A stretch of DNA of 60,699 bases, counting the filler, from Candidatus Woesearchaeota archaeon (GTDB taxonomy: Archaea; Nanobdellota; Nanobdellia; Woesearchaeales; ARS49), in the NCBI GenBank assembly GCA_016188265.1. It is 4 parts of 4 records of this genome, joined end to end, with 100 filler letters (N's around TTAATTAATTAA, not from the genome) between each part and the next. Parts side by side here need not be neighbours in the genome. Positions count along the whole stretch, not along the records: positions 24,637 to 55,571 come from JACPID010000012.1; 3 more parts are not named here. One strand, given 5' to 3'. Shown one piece after another: positions 28,280-38,466 of this stretch. The position numbers and the translations under genes were made by a program. The notes under the pieces were generated by a model. That model did not search any database, was not told the origin of the DNA, and was given only the letters and a program-made list of their open reading frames with translations. The number at the start of each line of letters is the position of its first letter. Position 1 is the stretch's first letter.

Positions 28280-31200
28280 ATGCCTAAAGAATTTACTTTT
28301 AAAAGCACTGAAGAAATACAAGTCTCAAAAGCGCTTGTTGATCAAGTTATTGGTCAAGAAGAAGCTGTTGAGATTATTAAAAAAGCTGCTCAGCAGAGAA
28401 GACATGTTTTATTAATTGGGGATCCTGGAACTGGAAAATCATTATTGGGTTTAGCATTAGCAGAATTATTGCCTAAAGAAAAGTTAGTTGATGTTTTATG
28501 CTTTCCAAATGTTAATGATGAAAATCAGCCTTTGATCAGAACAGCTCCGGCTGGCAAAGGGCGGGATTTAGTTTTTAAAGCAAAACTTCAAAATATGAAT
28601 GTTTCAAAAACACAAAATATTGTTCTTTTAATTCTGGCATTTATTATTTCTTTAATACCTTATTATTTTTACAGTAAAAATATTTTTCCTTTTGATAATC
28701 CTGTAATTTATGCTGCGTCTATGATAACTGGGGTTATTTTTATCTTAGGGGCTATTTTTATGATAAATATGTCTAAAAGAATTAATATGGCTGGAAAAGC
28801 ATTATCGCCAAAAGTTATTGTTGATAATTACAGTAGAAAGATAGCTCCTTTTTTTGATGCAACAGGAGCGCATGCAGGTGCTCTTCTCGGTGATGTGTTG
28901 CATGATCCCTTGCAATGTATTCTAGGTGATGAATTTGTATATTTGCCAAATGGCAAACCCATTCCAATAAAGGAGCTTGTTGATCCTTATTTTAAAGAAA
29001 ACGAAGAAGGCCAAAAAGTAGCTTTATTTAAAATACTAACAGGAAATGACAATTTCAAATGTTTTACAGAAACAGAAGTTCAAAAAGTATTTCGTAAAAG
29101 CATTAATGAAGATATTGTAAAAATCAAGACAAGAAAAGGATACACTTTAAGTATGAGCAAGAATCATCCTGTAGCTATTTTTTCCAAAGCAGGTAAAATT
29201 GAATATATTCCTGCAGGCTCTCTCCAAAATGGAACATTCGCTATTGTTCCATATAAAATTCCTATCTGTGTTGAAAAAAAATTAAATAAAAATTTATTAC
29301 TATTCTTAGCAGATAGTTTAGCAGATGGATATTTTGGAAAGAGAAATGTTATCTTCAAGATAAGAACACCTTTTAAAAGAGAAAATATAGAAAAAGACAT
29401 TTCAAATTTAGGATATACACTACGCATGATAAGAAGAGGAATGAATATAGAAATAACGCTTAATTCAGCAGATTTTTTAAGAAAATTGAGAAATTTGGGA
29501 GTTCAGAAAAATAATAAAAAACAGATTCCACAATGTATCTTTGATCTAAGTGAAGAGCAAATCAAAGTTTTTCTAACAAGATACATATCCATGGATGGTT
29601 ATGTTAACTATCAAGGACAATTTGAGCTTATTTCAAAAGAATTAATACATGATATAACTGCACTATTATTAAAGATAGGAATAAAAGCAAAACTTGTGCC
29701 ACGTATAGATACTGGTTTTGGTAAAGAGAAAAAAATTGTACAACCTAGAATAAGATTCAATGATTCTGATTTTGCTAAATTTTATGAAGAACATACAATA
29801 AATCCAATACATAAAAATAACTTGCGAATTTATTTAAAATTAACAAAAGAAAGTCATGTTAGATATGATGATATAATACCGATAAATTTTAAATTTCTTG
29901 AGAACATACGAAAAAGAACTGGTTTAAGCAAAACAGCAGTGCATAAATCATATTATGCTTTATCAGAACACACAACAAAAACAACAAAGCTTACACGACA
30001 ATTTTTATCAAAAGTATTGAAAGTTTTTACATTAAAGACAAATTGTCCTGCACTTTCTGAGCTTAAACAAACAGCTGAAGGAACATATGCGTATGATGAA
30101 ATAGTTGAAATAGTACTTGAAAAGTATGCTGGACATGTTTACAATCTTACAACAAGTGAAGGTACTTACTTAGCTAATTTTATATTAACACATAATTCAG
30201 GTGGTCTTGGCACTCCGCCCCATGAACGTGTAATTGCTGGAATGATTCACAAAGCACATATGGGTGTTTTGTTTGTTGATGAAATTTCAACACTTCACCC
30301 AATAATGCAGCAAGAATTGCTTACAGCGCTTCAAGAAGGAAAGTATTCAATAACGGGGCAAAGTGAAAGAAGCAGTGGTGCTATGGTTAGAACTGAACCA
30401 GTACCTTGTGATTTTGTTTTAGTTGCTGCAGGCAATGTGGAAACTATGCAACACATGCATCCAGCGCTTCGTTCTAGAATTAGAGGTTATGGCTATGAAA
30501 TTTTTATGCGCGACATTATGCTTGATACTCCTGAAAATAGACTGAAAGTTGCTAGATTTATTGCTCAAGAAGTGCGTAAAGATAAAAAAATTCCTCATTT
30601 TAGTAGAGATGCTTCTGAAACAATAATTGAAGAAGCGCGTAGAATGGCAAATACAAAAGGACACTTAACATTACGATTCAGAGAGCTAGGTGGGCTAGTA
30701 AGAGCAGCAGGAGATTTAGCGCTGGAAGAAAAATCAAGCCTTGTTGAGAAAAAACACATATGGCAGGCCAAAAAGCTTGCCAGGCCTTTGGAGCAACAAA
30801 TTGCAGATAAGTTTATAGAACGCAAAAAAGAGTATGAGATTATTGTTACTGAAGGCAAAAGAGTTGGAAGAGTTAATGGCCTTGCAGTTTTAGGTGGTGG
30901 TGGTACATTTTCAGGAATTGTTTTGCCAATAGAAAGTGAAGTAACTCCTGGTGGTAAAGAAAAAGAAATTGTTGCAACAGGAAAACTTGGTGAAATTGCA
31001 AAAGAAGCAGTAAAAAACGTATCTGCTATTATTAAAAAATATTTTGGAGAGGATATTAAAAAATATGATATTTATGTACAATTTTTGCAAACTTATGAGG
31101 GTGTTGAAGGGGATTCTGCATCTATTGCAGTAGCTACTTCGATTATTTCTGCACTTAAGAAAATTCCAGTAAAACAATATACTGCAATGACTGGATCATT

Positions 31201-31441
31201 ATCTGTTCGCGGAGAAGTTATGCCAATTGGAGGTGTTAGTGCAAAAATAGAAGCAGCAATTGAAGCAAAAATCAAACAAGTTATTATTCCAAGATCTAAC
31301 TTAAAAGATATTATTGTTGACAAGCAAAAACTTAAATCAATTAAGATTATTCCTGTTGATACAATAGTGCAAGTTCTTAAAGAAGCGCTTGACTGGAAAG
31401 GCAAAGAGCGCGTATTAAATTTGATATTAACTAATAAGTAG
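28280..31441 (+). CDS. lonB: archaeal LonB ATP-dependent protease with intein
   Basis: GDPGTGKS, two TM helices, LFVDEI, EGDSAS, PIGGVSAK. Confidence 0.96.
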   Translation: MPKEFTFKSTEEIQVSKALVDQVIGQEEAVEIIKKAAQQRRHVLLIGDPGTGKSLLGLALAELLPKEKLVDVLCFPNVNDENQPLIRTAPAGKGRDLVFKAKLQNMNVSKTQNIVLLILAFIISLIPYYFYSKNIFPFDNPVIYAASMITGVIFILGAIFMINMSKRINMAGKALSPKVIVDNYSRKIAPFFDATGAHAGALLGDVLHDPLQCILGDEFVYLPNGKPIPIKELVDPYFKENEEGQKVALFKILTGNDNFKCFTETEVQKVFRKSINEDIVKIKTRKGYTLSMSKNHPVAIFSKAGKIEYIPAGSLQNGTFAIVPYKIPICVEKKLNKNLLLFLADSLADGYFGKRNVIFKIRTPFKRENIEKDISNLGYTLRMIRRGMNIEITLNSADFLRKLRNLGVQKNNKKQIPQCIFDLSEEQIKVFLTRYISMDGYVNYQGQFELISKELIHDITALLLKIGIKAKLVPRIDTGFGKEKKIVQPRIRFNDSDFAKFYEEHTINPIHKNNLRIYLKLTKESHVRYDDIIPINFKFLENIRKRTGLSKTAVHKSYYALSEHTTKTTKLTRQFLSKVLKVFTLKTNCPALSELKQTAEGTYAYDEIVEIVLEKYAGHVYNLTTSEGTYLANFILTHNSGGLGTPPHERVIAGMIHKAHMGVLFVDEISTLHPIMQQELLTALQEGKYSITGQSERSSGAMVRTEPVPCDFVLVAAGNVETMQHMHPALRSRIRGYGYEIFMRDIMLDTPENRLKVARFIAQEVRKDKKIPHFSRDASETIIEEARRMANTKGHLTLRFRELGGLVRAAGDLALEEKSSLVEKKHIWQAKKLARPLEQQIADKFIERKKEYEIIVTEGKRVGRVNGLAVLGGGGTFSGIVLPIESEVTPGGKEKEIVATGKLGEIAKEAVKNVSAIIKKYFGEDIKKYDIYVQFLQTYEGVEGDSASIAVATSIISALKKIPVKQYTAMTGSLSVRGEVMPIGGVSAKIEAAIEAKIKQVIIPRSNLKDIIVDKQKLKSIKIIPVDTIVQVLKEALDWKGKERVLNLILTNK
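28916..30196 (+). mobile_element. Lon intein (427 aa) with LAGLIDADG homing endonuclease
   Basis: HDPLQ|CILGDE...ILTHN|SGGLGTP; LADSLADG and YISMDG blocks. Confidence 0.93.
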
Positions 31442-31480
31442 TTAAGAAAATTTAAATAGTTTTCATGCAAAAAATTAAGC

Positions 31481-31750
31481 ATGCTTGATCAAGACTTAAA
31501 ATCAATACAAGAATGTCCTACATGTGCTAGTGTTAATATTGTTTATAGCCAGCTAAGAGATCAAATAATATGCAGAGATTGTGGTTTGATCTTTGAGCCT
31601 TTAGCTCCTGAAGCTCTTAAACAAAAACCAGTACATATAAAACATATAAAAAAAGTTGTTGTTCATAAAAAAGTTGTTAAGAAAAAGGCAGTAAAAAAAG
31701 CAGTAAAAAAGCTTGTTAAGAAAGCAGCAAAGAAGAAAAAACGAAAGTGA
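31481..31750 (+). CDS. TFIIB-type Zn ribbon protein with Lys/Ala/Val-rich tail
   Basis: CPTCAS..ICRDCGL; KKVVKKKAVKKAVKKLVKKAAKKKKRK. Confidence 0.8.
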   Translation: MLDQDLKSIQECPTCASVNIVYSQLRDQIICRDCGLIFEPLAPEALKQKPVHIKHIKKVVVHKKVVKKKAVKKAVKKLVKKAAKKKKRK

Positions 31751-31939
31751 CTAACTTTGTTAAAAGAGTTTTATAAAATGTAAATAATTCAGAATTAAAC
31801 TTTTTCAGCCAAATACGTAAAAATAAAATTTTCCCTCGTTGCTCTAGCAAGCTTTCTAGAACTTCTTGTCTTGCAAAGCATCCCATAAAGAAGAGTTTTT
31901 ATCATTATCCTGGATGCTATCCACAATTTAAATGAAAAT

Positions 31940-32116
31940 TTATCCTAATGTTTCCTCGATCTTTATAATAAAATCTTCTACGTCTTTCAATGTGCTTACG
32001 GCATTCGCCCTTGAAATTCCTGGAGTTGCATCATATTGTGCTGTTTCTCTTTTTGTTTTTGTCTGAATCAGCTTGTTAATCAAATCTTCACTTAACACAT
32101 ATGCTTTTGTAAGTAT
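31940..32116 (-). pseudogene. C-terminal fragment of a HEPN-like protein
   Basis: Start-less frame ..KTKRETAQYDAT..DVEDFIIKIEETLG* resembles the HEPN Rx4Y end. Confidence 0.45.
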
Positions 32117-32134
32117 CTTTCAATTTTTACTTTT

Positions 32135-33124
32135 TCAAGTCCAGATTGCAGGCACTTCATCTGTTCTTTCATAGGGTCTGATATCTGCTTGATCTGGATC
32201 TATTGATTTTCCATTTGTATATTCAAGTATTCCTTGCCATGCAATCATTGTTCCTTGATCTCCAGAATAATCTAAAGGAACTGCTTTGAAAATAACTCCT
32301 CTTTCTTTGCACATGATGTCGAGCATTTCTGCAAGTCTTTTATTTGCAGCTACACCTCCTATTAATAATAATTCTTTTTTTCCAGTGTAGGCAATAGCTC
32401 TTTCTGATACTTCTGCAAGCATTGCAAAACATGTTTCTTGAAAACTAAAACAAATATCTTCTATAGGGGTATTTTGTTTTAATAATTGTGATGTTTTTGT
32501 AACTAGCCCTGCAAAAGACACATCCATGCCTTTAACTGTGTATGGTAGTTCAACATATTTTCCTTTTTTTGCTAATTGTTCAATCTTAGGTCCTGCAGGA
32601 AATCCTAGTCCAGCTTCACGTCCAAATTTATCAAGAGCATTTCCTAAACCAACATCTAGAGTTTCGCCGAAAATTCTAAATAATTTATTTTCTAAAGCAA
32701 TAACTTGTGTGTTAACACCGCTAACGTATAAGTAAACAGGATCTTTTATACTTGTTGTTAAATTACCAATTGTTAGGTGAGCAACACAATGATTTACACC
32801 TATTAAAGTAATGTTATGCTTTTTTGCTAGATCTTTTGCATTGTTTCTTCCAACTAAAAGCATAGGGCTGATGCCAGGCCCATGGGCGTATGAAATAAGT
32901 GAAATATCTTTTATACTTACGCCTGCTTTTTCTAATGCCTTATCAATAACAGTTTCTGCATTTTTTTTATGATGTTCTTTAACAAGGCTGGGATTCATGC
33001 CTCCAGTTTGAGTTGTATAAACAGCGCGTTCATTTGCAAGAATTTTTCCACTAAATGAAACAATTCCACAGCCCATAGTATGTGCAGTGCTTTCAATACC
33101 AAGGCAAAGTTTCTCCATTTTCAT
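32135..33124 (-). CDS. kae1: tRNA t6A synthesis protein Kae1 (KEOPS)
   Basis: LGIESTAHT, VNHCVAH, GETLD, GGVAAN. Confidence 0.96.
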   Translation of the reverse strand: MKMEKLCLGIESTAHTMGCGIVSFSGKILANERAVYTTQTGGMNPSLVKEHHKKNAETVIDKALEKAGVSIKDISLISYAHGPGISPMLLVGRNNAKDLAKKHNITLIGVNHCVAHLTIGNLTTSIKDPVYLYVSGVNTQVIALENKLFRIFGETLDVGLGNALDKFGREAGLGFPAGPKIEQLAKKGKYVELPYTVKGMDVSFAGLVTKTSQLLKQNTPIEDICFSFQETCFAMLAEVSERAIAYTGKKELLLIGGVAANKRLAEMLDIMCKERGVIFKAVPLDYSGDQGTMIAWQGILEYTNGKSIDPDQADIRPYERTDEVPAIWT

Positions 33125-36100
33125 ATATCTAGTTCTTGAACTTCTTTGGCATGTTCCATTATGAACTCTCTTCTTGGTTCTACTTCATCGCCCATTAATA
33201 ATGTGAATATCTGGTCAGCCATTACTGCATCTTCTATGGTTACTTTTTTCAATGTTCTTGTTTTAGGATCCATTGTGGTTTCCCATAATTGGTTTGGATT
33301 CATTTCTCCAAGGCCTTTATATCTTTGAATGTTTACATTTTCAGTTCCTAGCTCATTGAGAATTTTTTCTTTTTCTTGATCATTATAAGCGTAAACAATT
33401 TTTCTTCCCTTTTGAATCTTGTAAAGCGGAGGAGTTGCAAGATGGATCTTTCCTGATTCAATTAATGGTTTCATGAAGCGATAAAAAAATGTGAGCAATA
33501 GACAAGCAATGTGGCTACCGTCTGTATTGTGTAATGTTAATCCTCCAAGACCTGCTACAAAGCTTCTGTTTAAATCAACTGAAAGATCATAAACCCATTT
33601 ATCATCACGATTAACGTGTTCTATCTCTAACACTTTTACTGCTTGGAAATCTGGATTAACATCCATAACATATTTTCTATCATTTCCCTTAATTTTTGAA
33701 ATATGTTTTTTAATAACTGCTGCGTTTTTATGATCATTCCAAATAGGTTCTGCTTTTTTTAATTGATGAACTGAACCAAGCATTATATCATACTTTTCGT
33801 AATTAGATTTTATCAAAACACCTTTATAATAATGATCTTTTGATTTTGACGTAATAACTGAAGGCAACAAGCCTAATTGCCTATACAAGAATACTAGTCC
33901 TTCCATTAATCTTTTAGAGACAGTACAATGACCAATCAAATGTTTGCTGTTTTTTCCTCTTTTCTTCCCAATATACGCGTACCCGTCACTTTGTAACAAT
34001 CCTTTTAAGAAAGATATTTGAATTTCTTTTTTAACATTAAACAGAACACCCGGGATAAATTTTTCGTGAGCTTTTTTACCATTCAATCCAAAATAATTCA
34101 ATAACAATTCAAATGTGTAAGAATTAAAATGCAATATAGAACAATTTCCTTTTTTGTCTAAAATAAAATTACAACCCAACGTGTTTTGTAACATCAAGCT
34201 CAATTTTTCAAAATAAACATTCTTATCCTTCCCAATGTTTAAACAGAATCTGTGAGGATTCTTTTTCCCTTTAGAAACACAACCATCCCCTAAATACCAG
34301 CCAAGCAAATAAGCAAGCTCTTTATCAAACTTAACTTTGAGCTTAATTTCATTATTTTCTATCTCAAGATAAATCTTCAATGGATTAACTTTACTTATAT
34401 TAACATCTTTTACTGAAATGTGAACTTTGAAGTTAATAGTATTTTGATCTATACTCATTATTTCTAGATATGTTTTGAACAAATTATATTTAGGCATTAC
34501 ATTATCAATTTTTAGTTCCCATTGCTCTAACATGGTATAATAAATTCCTAATTGTTTTCCTATTTCTTTTCTAGAAATTCCTTTTTTAACTCTTATTTCT
34601 TTAAGAGCATTCCATGATTCTTGATCCAAGTCTATGCGAGCGTTTGAAGGTATTTCAGTTAACTCTTTTTTATCTAGAATAACATACAAATTATCAACAC
34701 CAACTTGTTTACTTAAATCTAGTTCATACTCTTTATCAGTCCTTGGCAATTGTCTCGGCATTAAAACATAATCTTTACTTGTAATCTCATTGCCTTTTTT
34801 GACTTCAACTTTACCCTTTGAGTAGGTAAAAACACTATGATAAGGAGTAACTGTTACATTATATCCTAGATTTGTTTTTATTTTATACAAACTGGTCTTT
34901 AAAGGATGCTTAACAACATTTACCACTGGTTTTATTTTATGTTCTCCTGGATTTATTGAGAATGAACTTACTTTGTAATCTTGTGGAGTTACACAATTAT
35001 CTACGAAGTTGCCAATATGATCAAAACAAAGTTCTCCCTCTTTATTCATTATGAGAAGAGGAGCATCTCCTGTAACACTGTCTGCATCTGTCATAATTAT
35101 TATCTTGTCATATCTTAATTTATTTAGATTAAATTCTTCAGCAATACTTGTTCCAATTGCAGTTATCATTGTGATTATTTCTTCATTTTGTAGAACTTTG
35201 ACTAAACGTGCTTTTTCTACATTGATGATTTTTCCTTTTAATGGAAGAACTGCTTGAAATTCTCTTATACGTGCTGATTTACAGCTTCCTCCAGCACTAT
35301 CTCCTTCTACAATAAATAATTCTGTTTTTGTCTTATCTTTACTGCTGCAGTCCCAAAGTTTTCCAGGAAGTGTTGAACCGTCAAGAACACTTTTTCTTCT
35401 TACAATTTCACGAGCTTTGCGTGCAGCATCTCTTGCATGCGCTGCTTCAATGCATTTTAATAAAATAGATTTTGCAACAGAAGGATTTTCCTCTAAATAA
35501 GTACTTAAAGATTCATTTATAACTGTTTCAACAATGCTTTTTACTTCGCTATTTCCGAGTTTTGTTTTAGTCTGGCCTTCAAATTGAGGATTTTGTATTC
35601 TTATAGAAATAATAGCTGTAAGCCCTTCTCTAAAATCATCGCTTGTTAAAGAAATATCTTTTGGCGTCAAGTTATTTTTTTCTGAATAACCATTAAGCGA
35701 TCTTGTAAGTGCTGCTTTAAATCCTGTTAAATGAGTTCCTCCTTCATGAGTGTTAATATTATTGGCAAAAGAAAATACCTTTTCAGTATATTCTGAAGTA
35801 TATTGAAACGCAACTTCTAATTCTAATTCATCTTTTGTTTTTTCAAAATAAATAATTGGAGATATTTTATTTTTTGTTTTATTCAAATAATCAACAAATT
35901 CTTTAATGCCTCCTTCATAAAAAAATTCATCTTTTTTCTCAGTACTTTCATCTTCTAAAGTTATTTTTAATCCTTTGTTTAGAAAGGCAAGTTCACGCAA
36001 GCGTGTTTGTAAAGTATCATAATTAAATTCAGTAGTTTCAAAAACATTTTTGTCTGCTTTAAATGTTACTTTTGTTCCTGTTCCTTGAGCGTCACTAACA

Positions 36101-36600
36101 ACCTGCAATTCAGTCACAGGATTTCCAAATTTGTATTCCTGCCTGTATAGTTTTCCGTCCCTTTTAATATCAACAATCAAGTGTTCTGATAATGCATTTG
36201 TTATTGATACTCCAACACCATGAAGTCCTCCGCTTACTTTGTATACAGAATGCTCAAATTTTCCTCCTGCGTGAAGCATTGTTAGTATTACTTGAACTGC
36301 AGGTATGTTGTATTGAGGGTGGTTGTCAACAGGAATTCCCCTACCATCATCTTCAATACTCACATAACTATCTTTTTTTATTACAACGTGTATATTTTTT
36401 GCATACCCTGCAAGTGCTTCATCTACACTGTTATCAATAACTTCATAAGCTAAATGGTGCAGTCCGTGAACATCTGTAGAACCAATAAACATTCCGGGGC
36501 GCTTTTTAACAGGGTCTAGTCCTGAAAGTACTTGAATGCTTTCTGCACTGTACTTTTTTTGAGCTTCTTGAGTAGTTTGTTGGCTTGTTTCTTCAGACAT
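33121..36600 (-). CDS. gyrB: DNA gyrase subunit B with intein
   Basis: RPGMFIG, EVIDNSVDE, GGLHGVG, VEGDSAGG, PLKGK, QRYKGLGEM. Confidence 0.96.
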   Translation of the reverse strand: MSEETSQQTTQEAQKKYSAESIQVLSGLDPVKKRPGMFIGSTDVHGLHHLAYEVIDNSVDEALAGYAKNIHVVIKKDSYVSIEDDGRGIPVDNHPQYNIPAVQVILTMLHAGGKFEHSVYKVSGGLHGVGVSITNALSEHLIVDIKRDGKLYRQEYKFGNPVTELQVVSDAQGTGTKVTFKADKNVFETTEFNYDTLQTRLRELAFLNKGLKITLEDESTEKKDEFFYEGGIKEFVDYLNKTKNKISPIIYFEKTKDELELEVAFQYTSEYTEKVFSFANNINTHEGGTHLTGFKAALTRSLNGYSEKNNLTPKDISLTSDDFREGLTAIISIRIQNPQFEGQTKTKLGNSEVKSIVETVINESLSTYLEENPSVAKSILLKCIEAAHARDAARKAREIVRRKSVLDGSTLPGKLWDCSSKDKTKTELFIVEGDSAGGSCKSARIREFQAVLPLKGKIINVEKARLVKVLQNEEIITMITAIGTSIAEEFNLNKLRYDKIIIMTDADSVTGDAPLLIMNKEGELCFDHIGNFVDNCVTPQDYKVSSFSINPGEHKIKPVVNVVKHPLKTSLYKIKTNLGYNVTVTPYHSVFTYSKGKVEVKKGNEITSKDYVLMPRQLPRTDKEYELDLSKQVGVDNLYVILDKKELTEIPSNARIDLDQESWNALKEIRVKKGISRKEIGKQLGIYYTMLEQWELKIDNVMPKYNLFKTYLEIMSIDQNTINFKVHISVKDVNISKVNPLKIYLEIENNEIKLKVKFDKELAYLLGWYLGDGCVSKGKKNPHRFCLNIGKDKNVYFEKLSLMLQNTLGCNFILDKKGNCSILHFNSYTFELLLNYFGLNGKKAHEKFIPGVLFNVKKEIQISFLKGLLQSDGYAYIGKKRGKNSKHLIGHCTVSKRLMEGLVFLYRQLGLLPSVITSKSKDHYYKGVLIKSNYEKYDIMLGSVHQLKKAEPIWNDHKNAAVIKKHISKIKGNDRKYVMDVNPDFQAVKVLEIEHVNRDDKWVYDLSVDLNRSFVAGLGGLTLHNTDGSHIACLLLTFFYRFMKPLIESGKIHLATPPLYKIQKGRKIVYAYNDQEKEKILNELGTENVNIQRYKGLGEMNPNQLWETTMDPKTRTLKKVTIEDAVMADQIFTLLMGDEVEPRREFIMEHAKEVQELDI
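33526..35079 (-). mobile_element. GyrB intein (518 aa) with HTH and LAGLIDADG endonuclease
   Basis: MTDAD|SVTGD...LTLHN|TDGSHI; LGWYLGDG, GLLQSDG, VYDLSV blocks. Confidence 0.93.
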
Positions 36601-36689
36601 TTGCTACCCTCTAAAATATGATTTTCTCGACGAGAAATTAATACCTCTCTCAGTAAAATAAAATGTTTCAGACTTTATAAATATTACTG

Positions 36690-37853
36690 TCAAGAACAGG
36701 AGCAAAAGCAGCTTCCTTTGATTTTTGCATTTATATTATAAACTGGCTTTTTTTTTCCCGGTAGATTTATTTCTTTGCAATTTGTTTCTACACTTGAAAC
36801 TTTACTCCATGATTTACAAGCGCAGTTTTCTTTTTTTGCAATTACTTCGCACTGTTTTTTGCAAGCTTCATTTTGTTCACTTTTTGCTTCATCAACAACA
36901 GTTCTATGCATGTGCGATAGTGTTGCGTCATCACAACTGTTTATTGTGTTGTCGTAATAATTTCTAGTATTTTCAAAGTCTTGTGTTGTACTGAATTCAC
37001 AGCTGTTTTTTAGCGGATAATTCTTGCTCCATATTGCAAGCAGTTCTTTTTTTTCATTTAATGCAATTAGTTTTAGGCGTTTTTGCTCCCATTCACTTTT
37101 AACATAAGGCCCGTCAATTGAGCATCCATCTGGCCCTCTGCAGTTTTCTTCTGCAGGTTCTTTTATTGTTGAAGCCCAAGTTTCTTTATCAGCTACAAAA
37201 AGTTTAATATCTATTGGCAGTTGTTTTGTGACGTCGATAATTTCACTTGCAACTATTAAATGAGCTTGTGCTCCTGTGGGAAGGTCCAATACATTAATCC
37301 AGCCTTTGTCAATATTGATAAATTCCCATCTTCCTTTTGGTATTTTTTGTTCACACTTGCTGTTTTTGCATTCTTTATCAATAGCGCAATCTTGATCCAT
37401 TCTGCATAAAGAGCGGGTTTCTGTTTTTTCTTGTGACCAAGATACTTCTTTTCCAGCAGATGGTAATTTAAATTCAGTTTTTTTTGGGCAATAAACTTGT
37501 TCTTTTACAGGGTGGTTGTTTGGCGGTGCTTTGTTTACGTATTCTGCTCCGCAATACTTGATGATTTTATCTTCAACACAAGCATAAGTGTAAACACAAA
37601 GATCTTTAGCTTCTTTTAAAGTTGAAGCGCCCATTGCTTGAGGCCCAACATCGCACTTATCAAGAACTAAAGAAGAATGAGAATTAATACATTCACGAAC
37701 ATCTTTAGTTTCAACAACATAATTGCCAGCATGCTGGTCAGTACAACAATAATAAACCTCTTCTTTAACAACTTTAGTTTCTTCACTTTTAGGAGCGCAA
37801 GAACTTATTAAAAACAATGCTAGAACTGGGATTAACATTTCATGGTGTTTCAT
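36690..37853 (-). CDS. Cys-rich predicted lipoprotein
   Basis: Lipobox-like LISSC; many Cys; ATGA overlap with upstream gene. Confidence 0.7.
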   Translation of the reverse strand: MKHHEMLIPVLALFLISSCAPKSEETKVVKEEVYYCCTDQHAGNYVVETKDVRECINSHSSLVLDKCDVGPQAMGASTLKEAKDLCVYTYACVEDKIIKYCGAEYVNKAPPNNHPVKEQVYCPKKTEFKLPSAGKEVSWSQEKTETRSLCRMDQDCAIDKECKNSKCEQKIPKGRWEFINIDKGWINVLDLPTGAQAHLIVASEIIDVTKQLPIDIKLFVADKETWASTIKEPAEENCRGPDGCSIDGPYVKSEWEQKRLKLIALNEKKELLAIWSKNYPLKNSCEFSTTQDFENTRNYYDNTINSCDDATLSHMHRTVVDEAKSEQNEACKKQCEVIAKKENCACKSWSKVSSVETNCKEINLPGKKKPVYNINAKIKGSCFCSCS

Positions 37854-38386
37854 CTTTTTGCCCGTCCAATAATGCACTCTCCACGGATGTTTCTTTGTTT
37901 ACACGATGGTGGATTGCATCTTCCAGGCAACACTCCTTTCATACAACCATCAAGGCATTTTTCACTTTCATCTTTTACAAGTTTATTATCAGCAAGGAAT
38001 TTTATAAGATCTTGTGCTTTTTCTGGAAGTTTTATATTGCAAGGCAATAATTTTTCTTTTTCTTTTACAAGAACTTTGTATAAGTAATTTGTTGCGCTAT
38101 CACATACTAAATATCCTGGAATTTTTTTTACTCGTTTTTCATCAAAATAAATATCAATTTCATTTGCTTCAGGAATATTATCTAAACGAATATTGCACAT
38201 TTTTTTTTCTTCTTCAACAACTTTTTGAACAGGCGCTTTTTCTGCTGGAAGTGTTTTTTTAAAAACCACTGTAGGAGCCTCAAATTTAGGCTGTGGTTGG
38301 TAAACAGGTGATGGCTTTATTTCAACTTTTTTTTGGCAAGCAAACAGTATAAGCAATATTGATAAAAGTATTATCGCTCTTTTCAT
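37850..38386 (-). CDS. predicted lipoprotein
   Basis: MKRAIILLSILLILFAC lipobox. Confidence 0.7.
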   Translation of the reverse strand: MKRAIILLSILLILFACQKKVEIKPSPVYQPQPKFEAPTVVFKKTLPAEKAPVQKVVEEEKKMCNIRLDNIPEANEIDIYFDEKRVKKIPGYLVCDSATNYLYKVLVKEKEKLLPCNIKLPEKAQDLIKFLADNKLVKDESEKCLDGCMKGVLPGRCNPPSCKQRNIRGECIIGRAKR

Positions 38387-38466
38387 GCATATCTCTTAGG
38401 TGTAGTTGTATAAAAAGCTTTACAAAAAAAGAAATATTTTTAATATTGATCTTGTTAAGAAAGTTT

